Shown here piece by piece: positions 39,241 through 51,913 of a stretch of 64,000 bases of DNA (positions are counted from its first letter, which is position 1; every line of letters starts with the position of its first letter). The translations under genes and the position numbers were made by a program. The notes below the pieces were generated by a model. It searched no databases, had not been told where the DNA came from, and saw only the letters and a program-made list of their open reading frames with translations. Source of the DNA: Camelus dromedarius (taxonomy: Eukaryota); contig NC_087447.1 in assembly GCF_036321535.1 (NCBI RefSeq), positions 47,556,001 to 47,620,000 of the forward strand, read 5' to 3'.

Positions 39241-40175
39241 TTCTAGTATGCATTTTAAACTAATACAGGCAGTGAAATGTGTTTTAAAAATGAGTGAACC
39301 AACACACCCTTTCTTGGAAATTATAACTGCCAGTCATTTAACTGCTGACGCAAAGAAACAAAGAAAAGAGAGATCACTATATTCTATTTTCTCAATATCA
39401 AGTAACCTGGTTCTCGTAAGATTTATTTTTTATTAGTATTTTACCAAACAAGTGATGAACATGGTATTTGCAAATTTATATTTTTTAGACTACAGTTCCA
39501 GAACAAACATTGCTAGCTTTCCTTTAGAGTTCCACCTGTTTATCTTTTAACAACTATTTAAAAGCAGAATTTTCCAGCGTTTTCAAATGAATTTTGATAA
39601 TCTGCCAATTGATTAAAATTCTGCAGAGCATAGCTCTCTGTAACTTGATGGCATTCCAGATACTGTTTGACCAAATCATTTTTCTAACTTGTAAAGAGAT
39701 AGAGCTTTTAAAAATGATGTTTTGAAAAATCAGATCTTTTAGGATACATAAACTTGGTGTATTAACATTGTCAGTTAACCAATTTTAATATGAAGTTGAA
39801 CAAATAAGCATATCAAAGCGTCAACCCAGACCTGAATTTATGAAACTTTTTGACAGTTATAAAGTCTGTAAACCTCATTTGGACTTAGTTAACTTACCTT
39901 CAAAATGACATTTCTCTAAAGATAAGGACTGTGTCTACTATTTAGGTCAATGCTTTGCATATAGTAGGAAATAAATAATGTAGATAATATACTTGCTACT
40001 CTAAATTATCTTTGGTATCTTAAAAAAAAACACACCCCAAACCATTTTTTATCATATGTACTAGGTACTATATGATTATACTATTTCATTTATCCCACAC
40101 AACAATTCTGGGGATGAATATCATAAACTCTACTTCATAGATGAGAAAAGTGATTTAACTAAGGTCATATCAATT

Positions 40176-40530
40176 GTGGTAAACTGTTATCCCCACTGAA
40201 ACACGGGAGTCTCCATGTAGCCCCTTCCCACATTGATTCTAGCCTTGTCCATATGATTTTCTTTGGTCAACGGAACATATGGAAATTTGATGGAAGCAGA
40301 AGTTTGATAAGAGTGCTACCAGGACTTGATTTCTTGGAATGTGCCTCTACCAGTTCAGCCTATTTAAGGATGAAGGACTATATGGGAAAAAGGCCTAGCC
40401 CTCTAGCAGACCCTCTGGCTGAATGGAGCTCCTTGAGTAATCTCAGGCAAAACCTGCAGAAGAACTACATACTCAACACCTAGAATGATGAGAGACAATA
40501 AATCACTGTTGTTTTTGCCATAAGGCCAGG
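40176..40530 (+). mobile_element. MLT1 (MaLR) LTR fragment
   Basis: tgtggtaaactg...cccacattgattctagccttgtccatatgattttctttggtcaa...aataaatcactgttgttttt. Confidence 0.7.
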
Positions 40531-40534
40531 TATT

Positions 40535-41640
40535 TTTTTTTAAGGGAACAACAGATTATTCTGTTTAAGTAATTTAATTTCCAAATACCTGGGAATTTTC
40601 CAGGTCTCTTTCTGATTGATTTCCAATTTAACTCTGAAGGGTCAGAGAACATAATCTGCATAGTATTTATTCTTTTGAATTTACTGAAACTGGTTTATGG
40701 TACAGTATATACTCTTGGTGAATATTCCATGCCTACTTTAAAAGAACATATATTCTACTCTTGTGGAGAGGAGTATTCTATAAATGTGAATAAGTAAAGT
40801 TGGCTGGTAGTGTTATTCAAGTATTCTATATCTTTACTAATTTTCTAGTTCCTTGTTCTGTCAGTTGCTGAAAGGAGGACTGAAATCTCCAACCACAATC
40901 ATAGATGTGTTTATTTCTTCATTCAGTTCTGTCAGTTTCTGCTTCAGGTATTTTATAGCTCTATTATTATTTATAAACACATCTAGGATTGTTATGTCTT
41001 CCTGATGAAATGATATTATTTTAAAAAATTATTACTTTTCTAATTTTAATTTAAAAAATTAATACAATTTTTAAAGGTTACTTTCCATTTCCAGTTATTA
41101 CAAAATACTGGCTATATTCCCCACATTGTACAATATATCTTTGAGCTTATCTTACACCCAATAATTTGTATCTCCCACTTCTCCACCCCTATATTGCCCC
41201 TCCATCACTGGTAACCACTAGTTTATTCTCTGTATCTGTGAATCTGCTTCTTTTTTGTTATATTCACTAATTTGTTGGGTTCTTTTTAGATTTTACATAT
41301 AAGTGATATCATACAGTATTTGTCTTTCTCTGTCAGACTTATTTCACTCAGCGTAATGCCCTTCAAGTCCATCCACGTTGCTGTAAATGACAAAATTTCA
41401 TGTTTTATGTATTAGTATTCCATCATACACACACACACACACACCCCATATCTTCTTTATCCATTCATCTATTGATGGACACTTAAGCTGCTTCCATATC
41501 TTGGCAATTGTAAATAATGCTGCTATGAACACTGGGATGCATACATGATTTTAAATTAGTGTTTTCAGTTTTTTTGGATATATACCCAGGAGTGGTTGCT
41601 GATTTTTTGAGAAACCTCCATACTGTTTTCCATGAACTGA
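40535..41640 (-). mobile_element. L1 fragments: old ORF2 piece with a younger 3' end at ~41040-41635
   Basis: Antisense L1 motifs; (AC)9 at 41427-41444. Confidence 0.8.
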
Positions 41641-42203
41641 CCTTATTTTTAATCGTTAGGAATCATTCTTAATATTGCTCATCCTGTCTGAAATTAACAT
41701 AATGATTCCAGTTTTCCAATACTTAGTATTGCTTCCCTGTGATGAGCAACAGCTGAAATTTCTGCTCAGTTTTTTGCCTTCCAGTTGTTGCTGTTCTTAA
41801 GAGTTTCTGCTCCATATGTGTATTTAGGTTTGGCCAAGGATTTGGATGGTTATCTACATGGAAATATGAGAACTTCCTGACACCCAAGCTCAAGCCAGTA
41901 AGACTCAGGCTCTCTGCTTGAATTTTAGTTGTACAGCCCTTCATAAAGAGATGCATAATGTAAATATCAACAAGTATAGTCCCATGCTTTGAACAGTCTA
42001 ATTCCTCTCTAATTATTCTATGCCTTAGGTAATTTCCCCATCTATCAAATAGGCATTTTAAATATTTTTTACCCCAGGTTAATAATTGTTATCTAATAAA
42101 GGTTATAAACTAGTCCCTTACTACCAGAAGCAGAAACCCTTTCTTGTAGAGGTATATTCTACATTCAAAGAGAATTCAAAGAAACTCTAAATTTCACTCA
42201 GTA

Positions 42204-43244
42204 CAAGGGCTTAATTTTCTGAATGTATAAACAGCTCATACAGCTTAACAAGAAAAAAATAAACAACCCAATCCAAAAATGGGCAGAAGACTTAAACAAG
42301 CAATTCTCCAATGAAGACATACAAATGGCCAGTAGGCACATGAAAAAATGCTCAATATCGCTAATTATCAGAGAAATGTACATCAAAACTACAATGAGGT
42401 ATCACCTCACGTCATTCAGAATGGCCATCATTAAAAAGACCACAAACGATAAATGCTGGAGAGGGTGTAGAGGAAAGGGAACCCTCCTACACTGCTGGTG
42501 GGAACGTAGTTTGGTGCAGCCATTATAGAAAACAGTATGGAGATTCCTCAAAAAACTAAAGACAGAGTTACCATATGATCCAGCAATCCCACTCCTGGGT
42601 ATATATCTGGAGGGAACTCTAATTTAAAAAGATACATGTACCCCAATGTCCATAGCAGCACTAATTACAAGAGCTAGGGCGCAGAAACAACATAAATGTC
42701 CATCGACAGATGTCCATAGATAAAGAAGCTGTGATACTATTTTCACAATGGAATATCACTCAGCCATAAAAAAGAACAACATAATGCCATTTGCAGCAAC
42801 ATGGATGGACCTGAAGATCATCATTCTAAGTGAAGTAAGCCAGAAAGAAAGAGAAAAACACCATATGATATCACTCATATGTGGAATCTTAAAAAAAAAA
42901 AGATACAAATGAACTTATTTACAAAACAGAAACTGACTCACAGACATAAAAAACAAATTTATGGTTACCAGGGGGAAAAGGGGGATGAGTAGGGATAAAT
43001 TGGGAGTTCGAGATTTGCAGATACTGACTACTATACATAAGATAGATAAACAACAAATTTCTTCTGTATAGCACAGGGAACTATATTCAGTATCTTGTAG
43101 TAACCTATAATGAAAAAGAATATGAAAACGAATTTATCTATGTGTATGTATGACTGAAACATTATGCCGTCTACCAAAACTTGACTCAACATTGTAAACT
43201 GACTATACTTCAATTTAAAAAAAATGCATCAAAAAAAGAAAAAA
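42204..43244 (+). mobile_element. 5'-truncated younger L1
   Basis: ORF2 C-terminus ([31 protein letters not shown]), 3'UTR, A tail; TSD aaatt[t/g]cactcagta at 42189-42203 and 43245-43259. Confidence 0.92.
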
Positions 43245-44406
43245 AAATTGCACTCAGTAGTTTAAGAATATTTGTATTGTACTTTTGAAACTGTTTAATA
43301 TATACTGCAGGATAGCAATAAAATATTAGGATAATATTAGGAAGCAAAATTTTTAACATGAGAAAAGATATAAATATAAAATCAAAGAAGTTTAATTACA
43401 TCTTTCTAATTTTAAATTTTCAATGAAAATATCAATATGAACTTACAATTAAAAAAATTCCTAGCTCTAAGCAAAGAAAGGGCCAAGTAATAAATGACAC
43501 TCATAACAACAAGCATCTTCACAGCCTAGACTTTAGTATCTAAAAACTATTCTCTATTAAAAGAGTTCCTTGGAGAAATGGCTAATTCTAAGTCTGAGCA
43601 GGGAAAATACAAGGTGAGGCTAAGATAGCTTGCTGTGCTAGAAATCAAAAAAATGTTCAAAGATTAACGGGGGTAATGTCAAAAGAACACGGAAGTCAGC
43701 TTAAATGGACTCTCATGGGCCAAATTTAGACAATATAGGGCTTAAAAAAGGACAGTTATAATACTCAAAATATATTAAATGAATAAAAATCCATAATAAA
43801 TTGAGAATACATACAAGTGGGACTCCATGAGGAGAAGCAAAGAGTAAGTATTGGGGAAAGAACATCTATCATGGAGCTGTGAACTGAGAAGTTTCCAGAG
43901 CTTGTACAGGGCTGAAAAATGCTTCAGTTGTATCCAGTCAGAGTTGAGAGGCCAGAGATCTTATCTGGTACCCATGGCATAAAAAGAAACTGTAGAAAGG
44001 AAACGTATCAAGAATAGGGCAAAATTAGCCCTTCTGGAAAGGCTACTCTAAACCAACACAAAGCTTAAAAACAAGCCTTGAACTGATCTGCAGATCAAAC
44101 TGACCCAGCTGCCGAAACACAAGTCAATAGTATTTAAAAGAAGAAAGGAGAATCCAGATACTCAATAGCCAGTCACAATTTCTAGCATTCATTAAAATAA
44201 AAAAAAAAAAAAGAAGTACTAAGTATTTAAATAGCAGAAAAATATAAGCCATGACAAAAGGAAAAGTTAGTCAATAGAAAGAGAGCTAGATATGATGGAC
44301 TGAGTAGACAAGGACTTTAAAGTCACTATCATAAATATACTTAAGGATTTAAAGAACAACATGAAGATAAATAGGAGTGAATTGGAAGATATAAAGATCC
44401 AAATAA

Positions 44407-44525
44407 CCTTGACTGTGGTGGTAGTTTCATAGGTGTATAGATCTATCAAAATTCATCAAATTGTACATCTGAAATATGTGTAGTTTATTGTACAGAAATT
44501 ATACCACAACAAAGTTGTTTAAAAA
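44407..44525 (+). mobile_element. Short L1M/HAL1-like 3' tail inserted in an older L1 ORF1-like remnant
   Basis: Imperfect TSD aaagatccaaataa (44393-44406) and aaagaccaaaatag (44527-44540); similar to the insert at 63340-63427. Confidence 0.6.
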
Positions 44526-45117
44526 CAAAGACCAAAATAGAACTTACAGAGCTGAAAATGTAGTATATGAAATCAAAATTCACAAGATAGTTTTAGTAGT
44601 AGGTTAAACACTACAGAAAAAAAGATCAATGAACTTGAATACATAGTAACTCATCAAACTGAGATTAAGGTAAAAAATAAGGTTGGATAAAAGTGTGTGG
44701 AGTGATCTTTGTATGTAATACGTAGGACAATATCAAGTGATCGAACATTCAGGTTGTTGAAGTTAAACTAACCTAAGTGACAGAAAGCAGATCAGTTGTT
44801 GCCTGGTCACTAAAGAACTTTTGGGGTGATAGAAATATTTCATATCTTGACTGTGGTGGTAGATATTTAGAGGTATGCATTTGTCAAGGCATATCAAATT
44901 GCTTACTTGAAATGGTTACATTTCATGGTACATATATTATACCTTGATAGAGTTGATTTTTAAAATTCTATGATGTCAATAATGATACTTAAGAAAGGAA
45001 AATATTCTTTTGCTGCCACTGGAGGTGACTAGTACTTGCTTATTACAATGGAAAAAAAAAAGAATCTTAATGGTGGAAAGATATGGTAGTGTCACCTTAA
45101 TTAAAAGTGACGATTCT

Positions 45118-45795
45118 GGAAAACAGTGTGGAGATTCCTCAAAAGACTAGGAATAGACTTACCATATGACCCAGGAATCCCACTCCTGGGCTTACATCCA
45201 GAAGGAACCCTACTTCAGGATGACACCTGCACCCCAATGTTCATAGAAGCATTATTTACAATAGCCAAGACATGGAAACAGCCTAAATGTCCATCAATAG
45301 GTGACTGGATAAAGAAGATGTGGTATATTTATACAATGGAATACTACTCAGCCATAAAAACCGACAACATAACGCTATTTGCAGCAATATGGATGCTCCT
45401 GGAGAATGTCATTCTAAGTGAAGTAAGCCAGAAAGAGAAAGAAAAATACCATATGAGATCGCTCATATGTGGAATCTAAAACAAACAAACATAGAATCAA
45501 ACAAACAAAGCATAAATACAAAACAGAAACAGACTCAGACATAGAATACAAACTTGTGGTTGCCAAGGGGGTGGAGGGTGGGAAGGGATAGACAGGATTT
45601 CAAAATTGTTGAATAGATAAACAAGATTACACTGTATAGCACAGGGAAATATACACAAAATCTTATGGTAGCTCACAGAGAAAAAAATGTGACAATGAAT
45701 ATATATATGTTCATGTATAACTGAAAAATTGTGCTGAACTCTGGAATTTGACACAACATTGTAAAATGATTATAAATCAATAAAAAATGTTAAAA
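45118..45795 (+). mobile_element. Young 5'-truncated L1
   Basis: Uninterrupted ORF2 C-terminal frame 45126-45479 (WRFLKRLGIDLPYDP...[18 protein letters not shown]), 3'UTR, AATAAA; TSD aaaagtgac[g/c]attct. Confidence 0.93.
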
Positions 45796-48717
45796 AAAAG
45801 TGACCATTCTTGCATTGTGATGAGAGTTGCTTGTATTATTTCTTTTCATAGGGCTTGTTGATGATATTGTGTAATCTCCTTTACAAGAATATATTTTGTT
45901 AATGTTTTATATGCACTTGAGAAGAATGAATATTCTTCATCACTGGGATGTAGGCTCAGTATATATTCATAGGAAATACTTCATTTATTAGGCTTATTTT
46001 TATGTGTGTACTCTTGATTAGTCTTGGACCAAAAAAATTATGTATTCAAGTCTTCCACCCAAAAAAGTGACTATTCTTAGCATCAATAAGAAGACAATGT
46101 GATAAAAACATAATGTGATGAAAAACATCGCATCATCTATAAAGTATTCTTGTCGAAAATACAGACTATCATCAGGTCTTTAATTTAACTTTCATTTTAT
46201 AGAATAAATACAAACACATAAAGCCAATATTGCAAAATATTAATAGCTGAAATTAGCATGCTGGAAAACACATATTTATTCTTTCTTTTGTATGCTTGAA
46301 AATTTTCACAGTAAAACTGGAAGAAAGTGATTAGTCAAGAGGTCTGCTAACATACTATATTATAAGAGTATAGTGAAACCCCACAATAATAGGTCTGGAG
46401 GTAATGTAAATTTGGATATAACATTGGAAATTTTGTTTTTATAGCTGGTTTACCCTTAGCGTTTCATTAACTGTGCAGTAATAAGGACTCATATTTTATG
46501 CAACTGAAATTTTTAGACTTCTCTTATAGCAATATGGCAAGGGTCTTACCATTTTTGAATCATTGAATACACAGGTGACATTGTAATTTTGAATTCCTGA
46601 TATACAACAAAACCTTGTAAGATGATAATTTTAAAAACTGTACCTATGAAAATGCATATACATAGACAATAACTGATTTTATTTTTGGTTTTGTTAATTC
46701 ATGTGATATCATGTACTCTGGCTTTCAACTGAACATTCAATTCAGATCACAGAATATACTTAATATCTTGCAGAAAGAATCGTATAGTTGACAGTTCCTC
46801 CTGCAGACTTTACACCAAATATGAGTTATTAAAAATTTCTGGATATCTTTGACTTCTTACATTAACTTCCTCCTCTTCATGTTTAACATTTCACTGTTAA
46901 AGAGAAAACTGTCCTCAACCCAAGTAAAGGTACAATTTAAACATAAAAAATTATTGTGCCCTGAAACAACGTAAGTCATGTACAGCTTCCCAAAAACGGC
47001 ATTTAAAACTCTTGATTTCCTGGCAAGCTGCTTTAAAAATAGGTATGATATGCCAGACCAAGAATGTATGCTCGTCTGTGTGACAAAAGGCATTTCAGAA
47101 AATTCAAATACTTAAATATCAGGAAATGAAAATTGCTACTAAAGTTTAATATAAGCAGATATTGCTTCATTTCAATTCTTAAATAAGTCAGGGGCTGCAA
47201 ACAGTAGCACAAGTACAAACAATCATAGAGATCATAGCAACATTTGTTCATCACTGTATGTCTGCTATATTCATTCATATCTGGTACACAGCAGGCATTC
47301 ATTAAGTGTTTCTTAAACAAATCAATTAGTGAATCTGTCTCCAAACTAACCAGTCAATAATTAACTAAGCACTATATAACTCCTATTACATTATTCTTTG
47401 GAAAAGCACAACCTATTTATATTTTCAATTTCTTATGATTAGAATAATTTTTTAATCTATTACTGAGTACGATGAAGGTTTCTATTCTGATTAGCAACAC
47501 TGAATGGAAACACAATATAGAAAAGACTAGATAAAGCAGATTAATCAACAAGAGAGGGTAACATTCATTTTAGTAGGAGTTAAAAACCAAACATGAAGAA
47601 TATAATGGAATTTTAACTAGCTTTCTCCTTTTTACGTAAGTGTTTATAATAAAGTAAATAACTATTGAATGGGAAGAGAAAATCCAATGCAAATGATAAA
47701 CAGGCAAAATAAAGAAAAAAGGAATCTATTGAAACCATCAGTCAATTCTTCTGAAGGCTCTTGTGGTCTAGTCTATCCAAAAATTTCATTATGACAATCC
47801 TATATTGCCCCATACTACCCTCATATTTGCCATCTAATTTTAGCTGGGTTATTTTCTGTATCTGAGCGGAAATCATATGAGAGATCACCTTAAGATAGCA
47901 GTGGGGTTAACTACATTTCACAGATACTCAAAACTGAAATAATGGATCTCGCATTGTGATTTTTAGCATATTCCATATTTTTGGTAAGAAAATTATCTTT
48001 GAGAATGCAGATTTAAATACCAATATCAAGAGAGATGAGACATTCTGTTGTGGGAATCTCACTTTGTATTTTTAGCTTTAAGCTAACAAACACAGGGCAG
48101 TTTAGCACATTCATGGAAATAACAGGTCATTCAGTCTAAACACAGACTCTGTGTGACTGATTAACCTACTCCTGCTACTACTGGAGGATTTGGTGGAGGT
48201 AGGGTAACAGATGGCGTCACCATAGATGGAGCCTGGAAATGGAAAATACAGGAGAGAACACACCCTTAGGAAAACTTCTGAGATTCGTCCTGTTCCATCA
48301 AGGCTCTGAAACTGGGTTCACCCAAAGTTTGGAGAAGCAAACAGGAATAGCTCTTCTATACAAGCCAACATTTCTCAAACTAGGCAAGGGCTTGCCAACA
48401 GTACTTGGCCAGCACCCTAGGGTAGTGGTTTAGCCATGATCCTGAATTCAGTGAGGAAAATGGCTATTTATTGTTCACCCTAGTCTCTTGACTATGGAGG
48501 CTGTGGATCATTTGTCAGGAATGAAGGAGAGCTAGGGTTACTGGGACTTCTCTACAGCAGGCAGATAGCAAACCTTTCTGGTTCAGATCACTTCCATGGG
48601 ATTGTGCCAAATGCATGCTCATGGTCCCTGTGTTTGCCTATGCTGCTTCTCCTCGCATCACCACCCACCTCCTAACCCTGCCCCAACCACTGAAATACTT
48701 CCTCAAAGCCTCTGGAG

Positions 48718-49124
48718 TCTTTCATTGCGGCAGCCATTGGAGAGAAGCAGCCATGGCTCTGAGCTACCCCATACCCTGGGCTTCAAACAAAGCCCACGAG
48801 GTGACCAAGAACATGAGCATGAGAGGCATGCCACCACGGGCACCTTGCAAGCACACCAAGTTCATGTGGGACATTATCCAGGTGTGTGGCTTCGCACGTT
48901 ATGAGCAGTGGGCCATGGAGCTACTCAAGATCTCCTAGGACAAGTGGGCCCTCAAGTTCATCAAGAAACGTGTGAGGACACACATCTGCACCAAGAGGAA
49001 GAGAAAGGAGCTGAGCAACATCCTGGCCACCAAGAGGAAAGTGACAGCCAAGAAGGATTGAGCCCCTCCCCTGTGCATAATAAACCTTTTCAAAAACAAA
49101 CAACCCCCCCCAAACAAAAACAAA
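48718..49124 (+). pseudogene. RPL36: RPL36 processed pseudogene, antisense within a FCHSD2 intron
   Basis: Intronless; ATG 48753 to TGA 49059-49061, MALSYP...KHTKF...[30 protein letters not shown]...[15 protein letters not shown]; internal TAG at 48936-48938; AATAAA 49079-49084, degraded A tail; diverged TSD aaagcctctggag (48705-48717) and taacctctagag (49125-49136). Confidence 0.93.
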
Positions 49125-49307
49125 TAACCTCTAGAGATCTGAAGGGGTATCTGAAAATCATTAGTTTATATTAACATTCAACCCAATGCAAAAATTCCTT
49201 GTATAGACTCTTTTGTACACTTAAAGTGCTACATCACATCTCAGGGCAGCTTATTCTGTTGTTGGACAGATCTAATTATTAGAAAGTATTTCCCAATAGC
49301 AAGCTCA

Positions 49308-49452
49308 GGGGGAGGGTATAGCTCAAATGGTAGAGCGCAAGCTTAGCGTGCATGAGGTCATAGGTTCATTCCCCAGTACCTCCTCTAAAAATAAATAAAG
49401 AAACCTAGTTACCTCCCTCTGCCAAATAAAACTAAAAAAAAGAAAGACAATA
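49308..49452 (+). mobile_element. tRNA-Ala-derived SINE (camelid vic-1-like)
   Basis: gggggagggtatagctcaaatggtagagcgc...ggttcattccccagtacctcc; TSD agcaagctca on both sides. Confidence 0.88.
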
Positions 49453-49984
49453 AAAGCAAGCTCAAATCTGCCTCCTTCCCACCTTCTTCTTTTGGTTCAA
49501 GTTCTGCCTCTTGAGGTTGCATGGCATAAATCTGTGCTATCCCTTTCTCATCTGACAGCACCCCTCTTAAATCCTACCTCTTTTGTGTGACCGGCCCTAA
49601 CAACTCTTCTCACAGTGATCTCTGTGTCCACTAGGCTCCTTAAGTATTCAGTTATACTCATGTGAACCACTCCTCAGTACTTAGGCTTTGCAGTCTTTAT
49701 CTTTGGCATTCTTTAAGCTTTCCCAACATGAACATATTTTTCTTGAAGGCTGAACATTCTCAGTCTTTTCTAACCGTCCGCTTTCACATCCCTTCACTAT
49801 ATCACACTGGGTAGATAACTATACACAAGTGTGCACAGGTCCTCCATGAACTGGTCCTAACCACAGTGACTTTACTTACTTTCTACCATATTTCCTTACA
49901 AAAATCCTCCACTATAATCAAATCCAACTGCCAAACTATACGCTATGTCTTCCTCCTTTGCAAATAACTTTCTTTTCTATCTCA

Positions 49985-50142
49985 ACCTCTTCCCCTCTAG
50001 GAAAAGGGAGTATTAGCTCAAGGTACATGAACTTCTGGACATTGTATAAAATGTACATTTTTTTTTGTGGGAGAGAGAATTTCATACTTTCATACAATCC
50101 TCAAAGGGTCCCATGACCCTCCAAAAAAGTAAAACCTACTGT
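49985..50142. mobile_element. Possible old hAT/MER-type non-autonomous DNA element fragment
   Basis: ggagagagaatttcatactttcatacaatcctcaaagggtcccatgacc...aaacctactg resembles a MER/Charlie-type terminus. Confidence 0.45.
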
Positions 50143-50206
50143 TGTAAAATTTTTTTGCCTTGTCTGCTTAACCAATTCTTCTCTATTCTTAAAAGATCAG
50201 CTTTTG

Positions 50207-51522
50207 GAATGCAATTAGAGCATTCTCTAACACTATATACAAAAATAAACTCAAATGGATTAAAGACCTAAATATAAGACTGGATACTATAAAACTCTTC
50301 AAGGAAAACAGGCAGAACACTCTTTGACATAAATTGTAGCAATATTTTTTTCAAATTAGCTCCTAGACTAATGGAAATAAAAGCAAAAATAAACAAATGG
50401 GACCTAATTAAACTTAAAAGCTTTTGTACAGCAAAGGAAACCATAAACAAAACAAAAATACAACCTACAGAGTGGGAGAAAATATTTGCAAATGACATGA
50501 CCGATAAGGAACTAATTTCCAAAACACACAAACGGCTCATACAGCTTAATAAAAAAAAAAAAAAAAAAAACACAAACACAATCAAAAAGTAGGCAAAAGA
50601 CCTAAACAGACATTTCTTTAAAGACATATAGATGGCCAACAGGCACATGAAAAGATGCTCAATATCACTAATTATTAGAGAATTGCAAATCAAAACTACA
50701 ATGAGGTATCACCTCACACCAGTCAGAATGGCCATTGTTAAAAAGTCTTCAAATAATAAATGCTGGAGAGGCTGTGGAGAAAAAAAAGGAACCCTCCTGC
50801 ACTGTTGGTGGGAATGTAAATTGGTGCAACCACTATGGAGGACAGTATGGAGGTTCCTTAAGAAACTAAAAATAGACTTAACCATATGATCCAGCAATCT
50901 CACTCCAGGGCATGCATCTGGAGAAAACTATAATTCGAAAAGACACATGCACCCCAGTGTTCACAGCAGCACTATTAACAATAGCCAAGACATGGAAGCA
51001 ACCTAAATGTCCACTGACAGATGAATGGATAAAAATGATGTGGTATATATACACAATGGAATATTACTCAGCCATAAAAATGAATGAAATAATGACATTT
51101 GTAGCAACATGGATGGACCTAGAGATTACCATATTAAGTGAAGTAAGTCAGACTGAGAAAGATAAATATCATACGATATCACTTATATGTGAAATCTAAA
51201 AAAATGATACAAATTCTATTTCCAATCCAAAACCAGACTCACAGACATAAAAAACAAACTATGGTTACCAAAGCGGAAAGGGTAGGGGGAGGGATAAATT
51301 AGGAGTCTGGGATTAAAAGATTACTATATATAAAATAAATAAACAACAAGGACCTACTGTGTAGCACAGGGAACTATATTCAATTTCCTATAATAACATA
51401 TAATGGAAAAGAATATGAAAAGAATAAATATATATGTATGTATATGTATAACTGAATTGCTTTGCTGTACACCTGAAATTAACATTGTAAATCAACTACA
51501 TTTCAATAAAAAATAAAATTTA
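50207..51522 (+). mobile_element. 5'-truncated younger L1
   Basis: ORF2 remnants ([40 protein letters not shown]), 3'UTR, AATAAA; TSD aaaa[g/a]atc[a/c]gcttttg at 50191-50206 and 51523-51538. Confidence 0.92.
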
Positions 51523-51913
51523 AAAAAATCCGCTTTTGCCCCTGGATCCAGTGAACCTTCTATATGGGTGAGATTCTTCTAGGCTCTGAATTTATGTATC
51601 TTAATTTCTATACCATTAATTTGACTTATTATGTACCTTGTAAAAACTTTTAAAATTAGCCTTTGCATTGTGACTTAATTCTTTTGTTATTTAATGTTTC
51701 ATGATTGTAAACGCTTCAAAGTGGGTTCAGTATCTTTTTGTCATGTGTACTACCATAAAGCAGGCACTCAAAAATAATACTCTGGACACAGACTAAGATG
51801 CTGAATCATTTTCAAATTAATCAGTGTGTAGAAACTGAATTGTAAAGGTACACAGTCATGGCTGTGATGCTGTTGGAGTGGGGCAAAAATGCCACAGTTA
51901 GCTGCCTCCTCAC

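Noticed and set aside
45126..45479. 117-aa ORF as a host gene
   Set aside because: C-terminus of L1 ORF2 in a 5'-truncated copy
48021..48082. Possible minus-strand exon (tgtttgttag|CTTAAAG...ATTG|gtattt)
   Set aside because: Weak donor and short pyrimidine tract; typical pseudo-exon
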